Of a stretch of DNA of 64,000 bases, positions 27,336-36,021 are shown in pieces. The first letter of the stretch is position 1. Each line of letters begins with the position of its first letter. Position numbers and translations under genes: made by a program. The notes below the pieces were generated by a model. That model saw only the letters and a program-made list of their open reading frames with translations. It made no database searches and was not told the DNA's origin. Origin of the DNA: a virus (taxonomy: Duplodnaviria; Caudoviricetes); IMG/VR virus record IMGVR_UViG_3300048581_000044, positions 25,138-89,137 of that record; one strand, 5' to 3'.

Positions 27336-28516
27336 TGACTCAAGTCCATTGCTAGATTGGCAAGCAGGACGCGCCCAGATGGAGGAGGTGTTATGATAGC
27401 TAGAGGGCTGCCGCTTATGGAATTGGAAAGTGTGATCGCTAGGGAACTAAACTGTAAAGAGGCCGTGTTTGAGACAGCTGCGGCTATTTGCGCCTGTTCA
27501 GCTTTTGTACCGAAAGGAAGCGTGAAATAAGCATTCACGGCGCTGACTAACGCGCCGCTCACGAGCGCGACGTTGGCGCTAGAGACGAGTGTGCCAGAGA
27601 CGCTCACGTAGGCCCAGGTTGGGGTTACGGCGTAAATGCCATAAGGCACCCCAGCGTCACGGTAACCGATAGCGCCTGATGCGTTGCTGGCACCTGAGAC
27701 AGTGCCCCCAGTCAATTTGGCGCCCACAGCTGCGATCAACCCTGACGACGCAGTGCCATTGCCGTTGTCGATAAAGAGCTGCCAGCCTGCTTGTCCTGAA
27801 CCTGCACCGCTTCCAGCTTCCAGCCAGGGTTCGAAACAGGTGGCGTAGGCAACCGTCTCGCTTCCATAGCTCACGCCTTGTGCAGCGTTAGCTATTGCAA
27901 CTGGCGAACTCAGCCCAATCGAGGCTACAACAGCGGAGAACTCTGCCAAGGACGCCGATAAACTTGGCGCATTAGCGCCACCAGTCGCAGCCGTAGGATT
28001 GGTAACAAAAAGCGGATAAGTCAAGCCTGAGACAATCGCTGTGATCGAATTGGCTGGAACATTTCCCGCTGCTCCAGCGATCACTGCGCTAACCGGTACG
28101 GAGATGCTGTTAGTCCCGGCTGAAAGCGTTACGGCCGTTGTCGTCTTAAACTGCACGCCGCCGTTCGTCTGAACAAACGTCCCGGCTGGAATCGTAACAT
28201 TTTGAGAAGCTGGTGGCGGGGTTCCCGACGAAGCGGTTGAGAAATCAACAATCGTTGTGGCAGCTGTAGGCTGCCCAGCAAAAATCCCAAACAGCGACAA
28301 CGCACTAAACACAAGCGCCTGATAAGCCAAAGCCTGTGTTTGAATCCCTTGTTGCTCAATCACGGCCCCTTGGCTTTCAGCCATTGTTCGAATTTGAGAG
28401 CCTGGATTGTAATCCGTAAGCACCCCAGACAAAGCTGCCATTAAAGACAGCTCTTGGCTTGCGATCTCTGCCGTAGTCGGCGGTGCCGCGATTGTGATTG
28501 TTGGTGAATCGGCCAT
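27332..28516 (-). CDS. baseplate J-like protein
   Basis: LTDYNPGSQIRTMAE, IPAGT.V, V.A..AG.AGNV..NSIT, VTNP.AA.GG. Confidence 0.88.
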   Translation of the reverse strand: MADSPTITIAAPPTTAEIASQELSLMAALSGVLTDYNPGSQIRTMAESQGAVIEQQGIQTQALAYQALVFSALSLFGIFAGQPTAATTIVDFSTASSGTPPPASQNVTIPAGTFVQTNGGVQFKTTTAVTLSAGTNSISVPVSAVIAGAAGNVPANSITAIVSGLTYPLFVTNPTAATGGANAPSLSASLAEFSAVVASIGLSSPVAIANAAQGVSYGSETVAYATCFEPWLEAGSGAGSGQAGWQLFIDNGNGTASSGLIAAVGAKLTGGTVSGASNASGAIGYRDAGVPYGIYAVTPTWAYVSVSGTLVSSANVALVSGALVSAVNAYFTLPFGTKAEQAQIAAAVSNTASLQFSSLAITLSNSISGSPLAIITPPPSGRVLLANLAMDLSQ

Positions 28517-28527
28517 AGGCTTTTACC

Positions 28528-29976
28528 TCAAGGAGTCGGCGAGAAAACTTCATTAACTGTGGCAGGTGTGGTGTTAAAACCGCCCGGCTGGACAGTTCCT
28601 AAGAACGAGATTTGGCCGTTGGTAAGAAGAGTTGCTTTTGCTGACAACACCGCTACGACACGCGGGTCAGAAGCCAAAGCGCTTTCCCCATATGCACCAA
28701 TGTGTCCAGCTGTTTGGTTATCTTGCACGGCCCCAACTTGCGGCGGGATGCGGCTTCCGAAGAGCAGGTGGTAAATAAGCGTCCCTTGCGTTGTCTGCAA
28801 ACGGCGTCCTAATGAGATCGCTAGATTCTCATAGCCAGAGATGACTTGGAAGTCTCCAGTCCAAGGAGGCATGGAGCCGTTAATCGGCCCGATGTAAATA
28901 TCAGTGCCGAGATAATTTATCGTATAGGACGGAATCGTTCCAACTGCGGCAAGCTGTGTCCCCGGAGACGGAAGCACAAGCTTTGTTCCCCAGCCCGCGA
29001 TCCCCGGAGAGCTGCTCATTCCAACATAGGGAGGCACAAGCGCGTTTAACGTCGCGATCTCAGGCCAACGTTCAAAGTCCCCAAGCGTTCTAGCTGCAAC
29101 GCTACTGAGTGATTCGTTATTCAAAAGCGTCGTCATTTTAATCTGTGTTACGAGCGGCTGACGAAGTGAAAGCAAGAAATTAGAAATCTTAGCGGCCGTC
29201 ACACTCATAACGTTACGCAGTACGGCCTGTTGCTGAAGCTGTTGCGTGTAAGGCGCTCCGGTTAGGGAATCAGCACACATGAGCATGGCAGGAAGCGTAA
29301 CGACTTGGTTCCAAGTGTTTAAGGCCACAACGTTGTTAGCAAACGGCCCTGACGTGACAGACGCGAGTATTTGTGCAACCGACTGGGCGCAAAGATATTC
29401 ACGATAGGCAACGTCATAGAGCTGTGTGACGTTGTTGCCTTGGTAAACACTAATGGCATTGGCAACGATTAAAAATGCAGCCGCTGTAGTGGTAGCTTCA
29501 GCGACAAGATTTGTAGCAGTCAATCCGCTTGGTGGTGTTTCATAGGCGAACACTGAAAAGAAATCCAAAAGCCTAGGAGACGTTATAGCCGCTTCACCGT
29601 TAGTCAGTGTCGAAGCTGCGCCATAAGGCGGAAAGGGCACACGTGGTGCCAAGGCAGCGTTAGCTGTTTGATAAGCCACAAGACGATTTGTAAAAATAGC
29701 TACTGTTGCAGGATCAAGCGCTAACGGAAGCGCTTCGATTTCTTGCAAGTAAAGAATCTCTGCCGTCCAGGCATTGTTAAGGGCATAAGCGTTAACTGCC
29801 TCGATACCGTTTTCTAAAGTCGCAAGCATACTCTCTGACATGAGGGCGATTAGGCTTATAGAGGGTGTTACAACACCAGACACAGGCGTGTTAAAGGCTT
29901 CAAGCTGCGCTGTATAATAAGCGAGCGCTGTGTAGGCTGTTTGCCAGAGTGTTCCTGAATAGCCGACATAAGTCAT
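28528..29976 (-). CDS. baseplate protein with LysM-like and gp25/W-like C-terminal domains
   Basis: ESLSSVAARTLGDFERWPEIATLN (LysM-like); LGRRLQT.QG.LIYH..FGS...L.SDPRV (gp25-like). Confidence 0.65.
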   Translation of the reverse strand: MTYVGYSGTLWQTAYTALAYYTAQLEAFNTPVSGVVTPSISLIALMSESMLATLENGIEAVNAYALNNAWTAEILYLQEIEALPLALDPATVAIFTNRLVAYQTANAALAPRVPFPPYGAASTLTNGEAAITSPRLLDFFSVFAYETPPSGLTATNLVAEATTTAAAFLIVANAISVYQGNNVTQLYDVAYREYLCAQSVAQILASVTSGPFANNVVALNTWNQVVTLPAMLMCADSLTGAPYTQQLQQQAVLRNVMSVTAAKISNFLLSLRQPLVTQIKMTTLLNNESLSSVAARTLGDFERWPEIATLNALVPPYVGMSSSPGIAGWGTKLVLPSPGTQLAAVGTIPSYTINYLGTDIYIGPINGSMPPWTGDFQVISGYENLAISLGRRLQTTQGTLIYHLLFGSRIPPQVGAVQDNQTAGHIGAYGESALASDPRVVAVLSAKATLLTNGQISFLGTVQPGGFNTTPATVNEVFSPTP

Positions 29977-30746
29977 AACGTGATCCCCAGCGCTCCAGGC
30001 GTTGAGCTTTTGTAATTTGCAAGCACTGAGACATTAGAAATAGCCATAGCTGCAATTGCTTGCGGCTGCGACAACGCCAATGCCGAAAGAATAGAATCAT
30101 TCGCTGTGTCGGTTTGAGGTTTCGCAACAGGGGCAATCCCAACTAGCCGAAAAGCGTATTCGAAAAGCAGCGGTCTGCGTTCGTTTTGTCTAACTACCTG
30201 CGGCCCAACAGGGACGACTTGCCAATAGCTTCCAGAGAAATAATCGTAAAACTCCATCGTATAAAGATCAGCGCTTCCGCTCTTGCGCTGCTGTGCGTTA
30301 AAATAAGCGAATTGATTCACAATGTCTTGAAGAGCTGCAATAGCTTCTAAGCCCGTGCTGCTATAGCCATCCGTACTATGATATTGCCAGCCGGTCGTCC
30401 CTTCGATCCGATACGTGACAGGGGAGTTGCCATAAATATCAACCTCACGGTGCACACCAAATTCGCTAGGGTCTCCTGCTACGTCGTAAACATTCGACAT
30501 AGCCGTGAATTCCTTAAACACTGTCGATGGTGATAAAGGAAACGTGAAAGACTGAAACGGTGTGCTTGTGTTATGCGACTCAAAAATAGAAATAGCGTAA
30601 AGGGCCGTCCGAGAATTTGGAAGCGGGATCGTCTGAAACGATTGTCCAACAACTCGCGCAGAAAGCGCAACAGTTGAACCGTTGAAGCCAATCCCAAGCT
30701 GTGTGCCAGAGGCCGCTAAGTTAAAGGGAAACCCTAAGCCTGCCAT
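29973..30746 (-). CDS. baseplate/tail structural protein
   Basis: Position within the tail module; RPLLFEY.F.L motif. Confidence 0.55.
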   Translation of the reverse strand: MAGLGFPFNLAASGTQLGIGFNGSTVALSARVVGQSFQTIPLPNSRTALYAISIFESHNTSTPFQSFTFPLSPSTVFKEFTAMSNVYDVAGDPSEFGVHREVDIYGNSPVTYRIEGTTGWQYHSTDGYSSTGLEAIAALQDIVNQFAYFNAQQRKSGSADLYTMEFYDYFSGSYWQVVPVGPQVVRQNERRPLLFEYAFRLVGIAPVAKPQTDTANDSILSALALSQPQAIAAMAISNVSVLANYKSSTPGALGITL

Positions 30747-32608
30747 TAGATGATCTCCAAAACAATGTCGTTTAACGAGCTTGTGGCAAAAAGGCTATTA
30801 TTTATCCATTGCAGGCTGGAGATTCCCAAAGGTGTTGCTTGGGGCTGTCCTGTAAACTGCGTGATAACACCCGAAGCAATGACTCCTCCCGTGGGAGAGA
30901 TTGTAAAAAGCTCATTTTGCAAAGTCGCGACTGTTATGCGGCCCGAGGGATCAAACGTCAAAGCTGTAGGGATATAGCTTTGGAGGTTAGTTGTTACCCA
31001 GCCTGAGCCGTTGTATGTTGAAACCTCTCCGTTCTTGTTAGCAGCTAAAGCATAAGGCGCAGAGAGGTTAAAAAACTCTGTAGCACCGCTTCCTGCCGCG
31101 ATGATCGTTGTAGCGACAGTGATCGGTGATATGATCGATGTTGCGTTTAAGGCTTGTAAGCTGTTTGGCCCTTGGTAATCGTTCTGTTCTGTAAGCGCAC
31201 CAGCGAATAAACTGAACACACGCAGACGTGAATTAGTGCCATCAGCGATCACGTATTGGCCTTGCTGGTAAAACAATCCAACAACTGATCCTGAGAACGT
31301 AGCTGTCAGCCCTTGCGTATAAAGATAGCCGTTAGCTCCTTGAGTTCCAGCGGCAATGATGTTTCCAAGGGAATCACTCGCAAGATAAGAGGGTGTGAAC
31401 GAGAGAGTCGTTGAAGCTCCAATCACCCAGGCTCCTAACGTGTATTGTAAATTAACCAACGCGCCACTTGCCCCTACAACTGCGGTAGAGGCCGTAGGTA
31501 AGAAAACCGAACTAGCTTTAGCAATCGAAAGCGGTGCGCCTAGTGCCCAGGTTGAACCTCCTAGGCTCAAAGACGTTACGGTGTTTAAGCTTGGCTGACA
31601 AGCGAGCGCTTTTGTTGCGTTAGGCGTGAGGCCAACAGCGGTTGCACCGCTAAGAGCAAGAGTTTGAGAACGCGTCAGCGAGCCGAACGTGTAGTTAAAC
31701 ACGCTTAGGACGTTATTGATGGAATCAGTTCCAAGTAGTGTGTTCCCGATAGAAGACCACGCTAGGGCGTTTAGACTCCCAATACCGCTTAGCGTTTGGG
31801 TTTCAGCCCAGCCGTTAAGACCATTGAGCTGCCAATACGAGATAGCTGAAACAGCAGGCGTTGCTCCAATGAAGGAAGTGTTGTTTAGAGGATTAGCCGC
31901 AAGCGCTGAAAAGCCAGAGCTTATAGTCATTGTCCCCCAACCGCCTACAGCAATAAGGCTTCCGCTGACAGCTAGACAGCTTGGCACAGGCATAGGCGTA
32001 GCGATGAGGCTACTAGTCACAACAGCGCCTGAACCTGTTCCTGAGATCGTGGCAGTGCCTATGCCGCTAGCTGTTGCTGATAACGTGTAAAGCTTATTAC
32101 CTTGGCCGGACAGTGTTAGAGCCGGAGAGCCAAAGGTTCCAATTGCGACTAACCCACTCGTCCCAAGTCCAGATGACGCAAAGAGATCGGCTGTAGAGAG
32201 AACGTCATAGAGACTAAGAATGTCGATAGTTGTCGTGTTTTCAGCTAGCGTGTAGATATTTCCCGACGCATCAACAGCGTAAGGGACTGTACTAAGTGAT
32301 CCGAGTCCTGTAAAAACAATGGCTGCATTTGGAGGAACATAAGCGTTAACGATCCCGCTCATGTTGTAAAGGCTAAGTGGCCCATAAAAAGGCAGAAGCC
32401 AGAGTCCGACGTTACCGCTAGGGGCTACGCCAGCAAAGCCAAGCTCTGTGCTACCTGACACTGCCGTGGTCGCAATGACGCCAGCGTTAAGCTGATAAGC
32501 GCTTGGGTGCTCCCAGGCAGGCAAAAACACCCCACTCGCCCACGCGGTTTGCAAGGTCGCTCGGATCGACGTATGTGAGTCGCTATAGCGATAGTAGCCT
32601 GAAGCCAT
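30746..32608 (-). CDS. large Ser/Thr/Gly-rich beta-structured virion protein (possible beta-propeller)
   Basis: 620 aa of alternating beta-strand-like segments with very few charged residues. Confidence 0.55.
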   Translation of the reverse strand: MASGYYRYSDSHTSIRATLQTAWASGVFLPAWEHPSAYQLNAGVIATTAVSGSTELGFAGVAPSGNVGLWLLPFYGPLSLYNMSGIVNAYVPPNAAIVFTGLGSLSTVPYAVDASGNIYTLAENTTTIDILSLYDVLSTADLFASSGLGTSGLVAIGTFGSPALTLSGQGNKLYTLSATASGIGTATISGTGSGAVVTSSLIATPMPVPSCLAVSGSLIAVGGWGTMTISSGFSALAANPLNNTSFIGATPAVSAISYWQLNGLNGWAETQTLSGIGSLNALAWSSIGNTLLGTDSINNVLSVFNYTFGSLTRSQTLALSGATAVGLTPNATKALACQPSLNTVTSLSLGGSTWALGAPLSIAKASSVFLPTASTAVVGASGALVNLQYTLGAWVIGASTTLSFTPSYLASDSLGNIIAAGTQGANGYLYTQGLTATFSGSVVGLFYQQGQYVIADGTNSRLRVFSLFAGALTEQNDYQGPNSLQALNATSIISPITVATTIIAAGSGATEFFNLSAPYALAANKNGEVSTYNGSGWVTTNLQSYIPTALTFDPSGRITVATLQNELFTISPTGGVIASGVITQFTGQPQATPLGISSLQWINNSLFATSSLNDIVLEII

Positions 32609-32636
32609 AATGCGGCTAGGGTACTACAGAATCAGC

Positions 32637-33488
32637 CTAATCTGAGATACCGATAATGGTGCTGGAGATGTCTGAGGCTGAGAGATTTGTCGTCGGTGTG
32701 CCGCTGTTGGCTGTTCCAGCTTGCACAAGCTTATGCGTGTGATTATTGAACTTATCGATAAGCTTAGAGACTAGCGTTAGGAAATCGGACGGAGAACTGC
32801 CACCTTGGGTGATATTAAGCTTGTCGCCGCCAGCAAGCGCGATTGTGGCTGTTCCTGTGTTGCCAATCGATAGCGTTGTGCCGCCAATTACAATATTCAA
32901 AGCTGAAACGCCGGAGACTGCCACGCTTCCACTTGTATCAACCTCGATTGTTGTTCCGGTAGCGTGTTTGAAAAAGAAATTGAAAGGTGAAGGAGGCGCC
33001 GTGACACGTTCTGCATATGTGAAAGGAATTCGTTGCTGTGCGTTGCTTGCGTCTACTGTGTGGCGATAGGCGGTAGGGAGTGTAGTTCCCGAGGCGGCTA
33101 CAATATAGCTTCCATCAGCAAACTGCTCTGCAAGATTTCCTAAGCCGTCGAGTAACCGCCAATGCCCCGAGAAGGTGGATTCATAATCGATAAAGGGATC
33201 AGTTGGGGCTGAGCCGCTTGCCTGTGTAGCGGTCATGGCGTCCAGGCCGCTGGGGAGATAAGCCCCTAGCCAAATTCCATTACGAATGTCGCCATAAGGG
33301 AAGATGACAACTCCCCAAGAGCCGATTTGAGGTAAGGGTTTCTGTTTAACACGCACAGCGTCTGCGTAATCGAGCAGCATAAGGACATCTGCTGCAAGCT
33401 CCTGGCCGGTGGACTGAAAAAGCACACGAAGCCCACGCGGGGGGCTGAGAGCTGTGACTCGTGCTAGGGCGAAGGAGAGTCCTTGCAT
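32637..33488 (-). CDS. baseplate central spike (gpV/gp45-like)
   Basis: PLPQIGSWGVVIFPYGD...GIWLG OB-fold motif; beta-helix segments; C-terminal FNNHTH metal-binding tip. Confidence 0.8.
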   Translation of the reverse strand: MQGLSFALARVTALSPPRGLRVLFQSTGQELAADVLMLLDYADAVRVKQKPLPQIGSWGVVIFPYGDIRNGIWLGAYLPSGLDAMTATQASGSAPTDPFIDYESTFSGHWRLLDGLGNLAEQFADGSYIVAASGTTLPTAYRHTVDASNAQQRIPFTYAERVTAPPSPFNFFFKHATGTTIEVDTSGSVAVSGVSALNIVIGGTTLSIGNTGTATIALAGGDKLNITQGGSSPSDFLTLVSKLIDKFNNHTHKLVQAGTANSGTPTTNLSASDISSTIIGISD

Positions 33489-33501
33489 TTTTTAGTGTTC
33501 C

Positions 33502-34368
33502 TTACACCTCATCATGTGCCCAGAGCAGATACTCGTTTTCCAAGTCTTCCAGAACCGTAGGGAGTTTAAGCTCAAACGTCTCACAAAAGGTCTTGTTGGA
33601 AAGAACGCTATAAGCCGGACGCGGATTAGCCAACGTTCCAGTTCGCACGTTAGCTCCAGAAACAGCTTCATATAAAGAAAGCGCCTTCAAAGCAAAAAAG
33701 TCTTTCCAGACAGGCTCCCAAGTCACGAGATTGTACAGTCCCCCAAGCGGCTGCTTGGACTTGTTAACAAATTCCAAAGCTTCAAACATCTTGTGTGCAA
33801 TGAGGCGTGTTGAGGTTGGTGTCGTAAGCTGTTTCAAGACTTTGATCGGGTTTTCAACTGTCCCTTTGCCAGCACGATACTGCTTAATAGCGTCTAGCGA
33901 TCCGCACATGTCAGCACTATCGTAAATAGAAGACAGCCGGAAGATAAAATGTTCCGGCGCCCGCAAAGCCAAAATCGCTTGTTCTCCGCAGTATTTAGAA
34001 ATGCCATAGACTCCCCAAGGAACACCTGTCGAGGGTGTGAGTTTGTTAGAGCAACAGGCGTAATCAGTAGAGAAATGAACGAACGAGGCTTGGCAATCGC
34101 GTGCCCCAAGAGCCATTTCTAACGGGGCAAGCGTGTTGAGGAGAAAAGCTTCTTCAGGATCAGCTACACACTGTTCCAAGCCATTCTTAGCCGAACAGTT
34201 AATCACGAGATCAGGGTTGTATTCTGAAACGAAACCGCGGATTTGAGGAGAATAGCTCAGGTCAAGGTCTTCCCGACTCACACCACTGACCTTATGGCCG
34301 TGCGCTCCAAACTCTTCAACAATACGCTTCCCAAGCCGTCCTTTGGCGCCAAAAACCAAAACGTGCAT
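33502..34368 (-). CDS. rmlD: RmlD-like dTDP-4-dehydro-6-deoxyhexose reductase
   Basis: GAKGRLG, VINCSA, HFSTDY, YGISK (YxxxK), PTS; start at MHVLVFG. Confidence 0.8.
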   Translation of the reverse strand: MHVLVFGAKGRLGKRIVEEFGAHGHKVSGVSREDLDLSYSPQIRGFVSEYNPDLVINCSAKNGLEQCVADPEEAFLLNTLAPLEMALGARDCQASFVHFSTDYACCSNKLTPSTGVPWGVYGISKYCGEQAILALRAPEHFIFRLSSIYDSADMCGSLDAIKQYRAGKGTVENPIKVLKQLTTPTSTRLIAHKMFEALEFVNKSKQPLGGLYNLVTWEPVWKDFFALKALSLYEAVSGANVRTGTLANPRPAYSVLSNKTFCETFELKLPTVLEDLENEYLLWAHDEV

Positions 34369-34372
34369 TTCC

Positions 34373-34930
34373 CTACTCCCAAGGCTCAGCTTCAGACAGC
34401 AACGGCGTAACGCGGTCTTTCGCCGATAGCACCACCTGCGCGCCAATCCCCATCGGCCATTGAATCCCAATCACCGGGTCATCCCAACGCACCGCGCGTT
34501 CTAGCTCTTGGCTGTAATAAGCTGTCATGTCGTAATGAACAACCGCACCTTGCTCGAAGGCGAAAAAGCCATTAGCAAACCCAGGTGGCACCCAGACTGA
34601 TTCGTTAGCCACGCCGTCGAGAACAACCCCAGCCCACGTTCCGAAATTTGGCGAACCAGCTCGTACATCAACAGAGACTTGGAAAATCTTTCCTGAAATG
34701 CAACGGAGGAGCTTACCCTGCATAGGCCGTCCAAGCTGATAATGCAGCCCTCTTAGCGTAAACGGCACAGAGACGGAGAAATTGGACTGGACGAATTCCA
34801 AGCCAGTCGTCAAGTCCATGTATTCATTCGAACGCCTAGCGTCGAGAAAGAACCCGCGGTGGTCTCGGTAAAGGCGCTCAGGGGTAATGACTGTAACGCC
34901 GCCTGGGTGGATAAGCCTTGTGCGTAGCAT
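34373..34930 (-). CDS. rmlC: dTDP-4-dehydrorhamnose 3,5-epimerase
   Basis: DHRGFF, FVQSNFS.S...TLRGLHYQ, QGKL..C..G.IF.V.VD.R.GSP.FG.W, VWVPPGFA.GF, LSAKD. Confidence 0.92.
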   Translation of the reverse strand: MLRTRLIHPGGVTVITPERLYRDHRGFFLDARRSNEYMDLTTGLEFVQSNFSVSVPFTLRGLHYQLGRPMQGKLLRCISGKIFQVSVDVRAGSPNFGTWAGVVLDGVANESVWVPPGFANGFFAFEQGAVVHYDMTAYYSQELERAVRWDDPVIGIQWPMGIGAQVVLSAKDRVTPLLSEAEPWE

Positions 34931-34971
34931 TTCCCAAATCCCTCTCGCTAAGACGTTGTCTGTTGTGAGGC

Positions 34972-35000
34972 AATATGGTAGCAAATTCGTCCTTTGTCAA
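34972..35000 (-). promoter_or_regulatory. sigma70-like promoter for rmlC-rmlD
   Basis: TTGACA (35000-34995)-N17-CATATT (34977-34972) in the divergent gap. Confidence 0.65.
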
Positions 35001-35031
35001 ACAACGGCTATGGCTAAAAAGCGAGGAAACC

Positions 35032-36021
35032 ATGAGAGTTTTAATAGTTGGCGGCGCTGGCTTCATCGGTTCAGTGCTCGCTCCCGTGCTGCTTGCACGA
35101 GGGCATGAGGTTACGGTTTTCGACCTCTTCTGGTTTGGAGATCATCTGCCGAAAGCTGTCAAGAAGCAAAAAGTCAACGCTGGCGCGCTCAAGGCCGAAG
35201 ACCTTAAGCCTTTTGACGCTGTGATTTTCCTCGCCGGGCTCTCCAACGATCCTATGGCCGATACGGCGCCTTTCTCTAATTACGTTTTTAACGCTGCACT
35301 CCCAAGCTATCTAGCCTATATTGCACGGCAGGCAGGCGTTAAGCTTTTCATTCATGGCGGCTCGTGCTCTGTGTATGGGCGAACGGAAGAACGTGTTCGC
35401 GAAGACAGCCAGCCTCAGACTTTCTCGCCGTATGGCGTCTCTAAGCTTATCGCCGAAACAGGGATTATCCAGCAGTATTGCCACGAGATGCGTGTCGTCC
35501 TCTTCCGCATGGGGACAGTCTGCGGCCCGAGTCCTCGAATGCGTTACGACCTTCTGCTTAACGCTATGGTCAAGGACGCAATCAAAAAACAAACCATCTC
35601 CGTCTTTGACAACATGGCCGAACGCCCAATCTTAGACATCGATAGCGCTTGCATTGCGTATGCGAATGCGCTGGAGGATAAAAAGGTCGTTGGGATTTAC
35701 AATCTTCTCTCGTTCAACCTTGGCGTCTCATTTGCCGCCGATGCAGTGCAAAAACGCGTCTTTGCCAAAACGCGCACACTTCCTAAAATCGTTTATCAAG
35801 GCGGGACGGACATCCGCAGCTATTCGGTCAATGACGGTCGGGCACAGCGTGCTAACTTGTCTTTTGAGACGCTCCCAACAGCCACAATCGATAAAATCAT
35901 TGATGGCGTGTTAGCTTCGACCGCTGACTTAGAGTCCTCAGCGTATCACAACATCAAACGTTTTAAGGAGTTGGTGGCGACTGAGTTCCCTGTGCTGTCA
36001 GGTACAGGTTGTCCAGCGTAA
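35032..36021 (+). CDS. extended-SDR NAD-dependent nucleotide-sugar epimerase/dehydratase
   Basis: GGAGFIG, LAGLSNDP, SCSVYG, YGVSK; GAGG RBS; lies opposite the late strand. Confidence 0.9.
   Translation: MRVLIVGGAGFIGSVLAPVLLARGHEVTVFDLFWFGDHLPKAVKKQKVNAGALKAEDLKPFDAVIFLAGLSNDPMADTAPFSNYVFNAALPSYLAYIARQAGVKLFIHGGSCSVYGRTEERVREDSQPQTFSPYGVSKLIAETGIIQQYCHEMRVVLFRMGTVCGPSPRMRYDLLLNAMVKDAIKKQTISVFDNMAERPILDIDSACIAYANALEDKKVVGIYNLLSFNLGVSFAADAVQKRVFAKTRTLPKIVYQGGTDIRSYSVNDGRAQRANLSFETLPTATIDKIIDGVLASTADLESSAYHNIKRFKELVATEFPVLSGTGCPA

Noticed and set aside
33502-36021. Host O-antigen locus or chimeric assembly
   Set aside because: The cassette is seamlessly embedded: the SDR overlaps the hub gene 3' end and rmlD ends 13 bp from the spike start. 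There are no wzx/wzy/wzm or other host genes.
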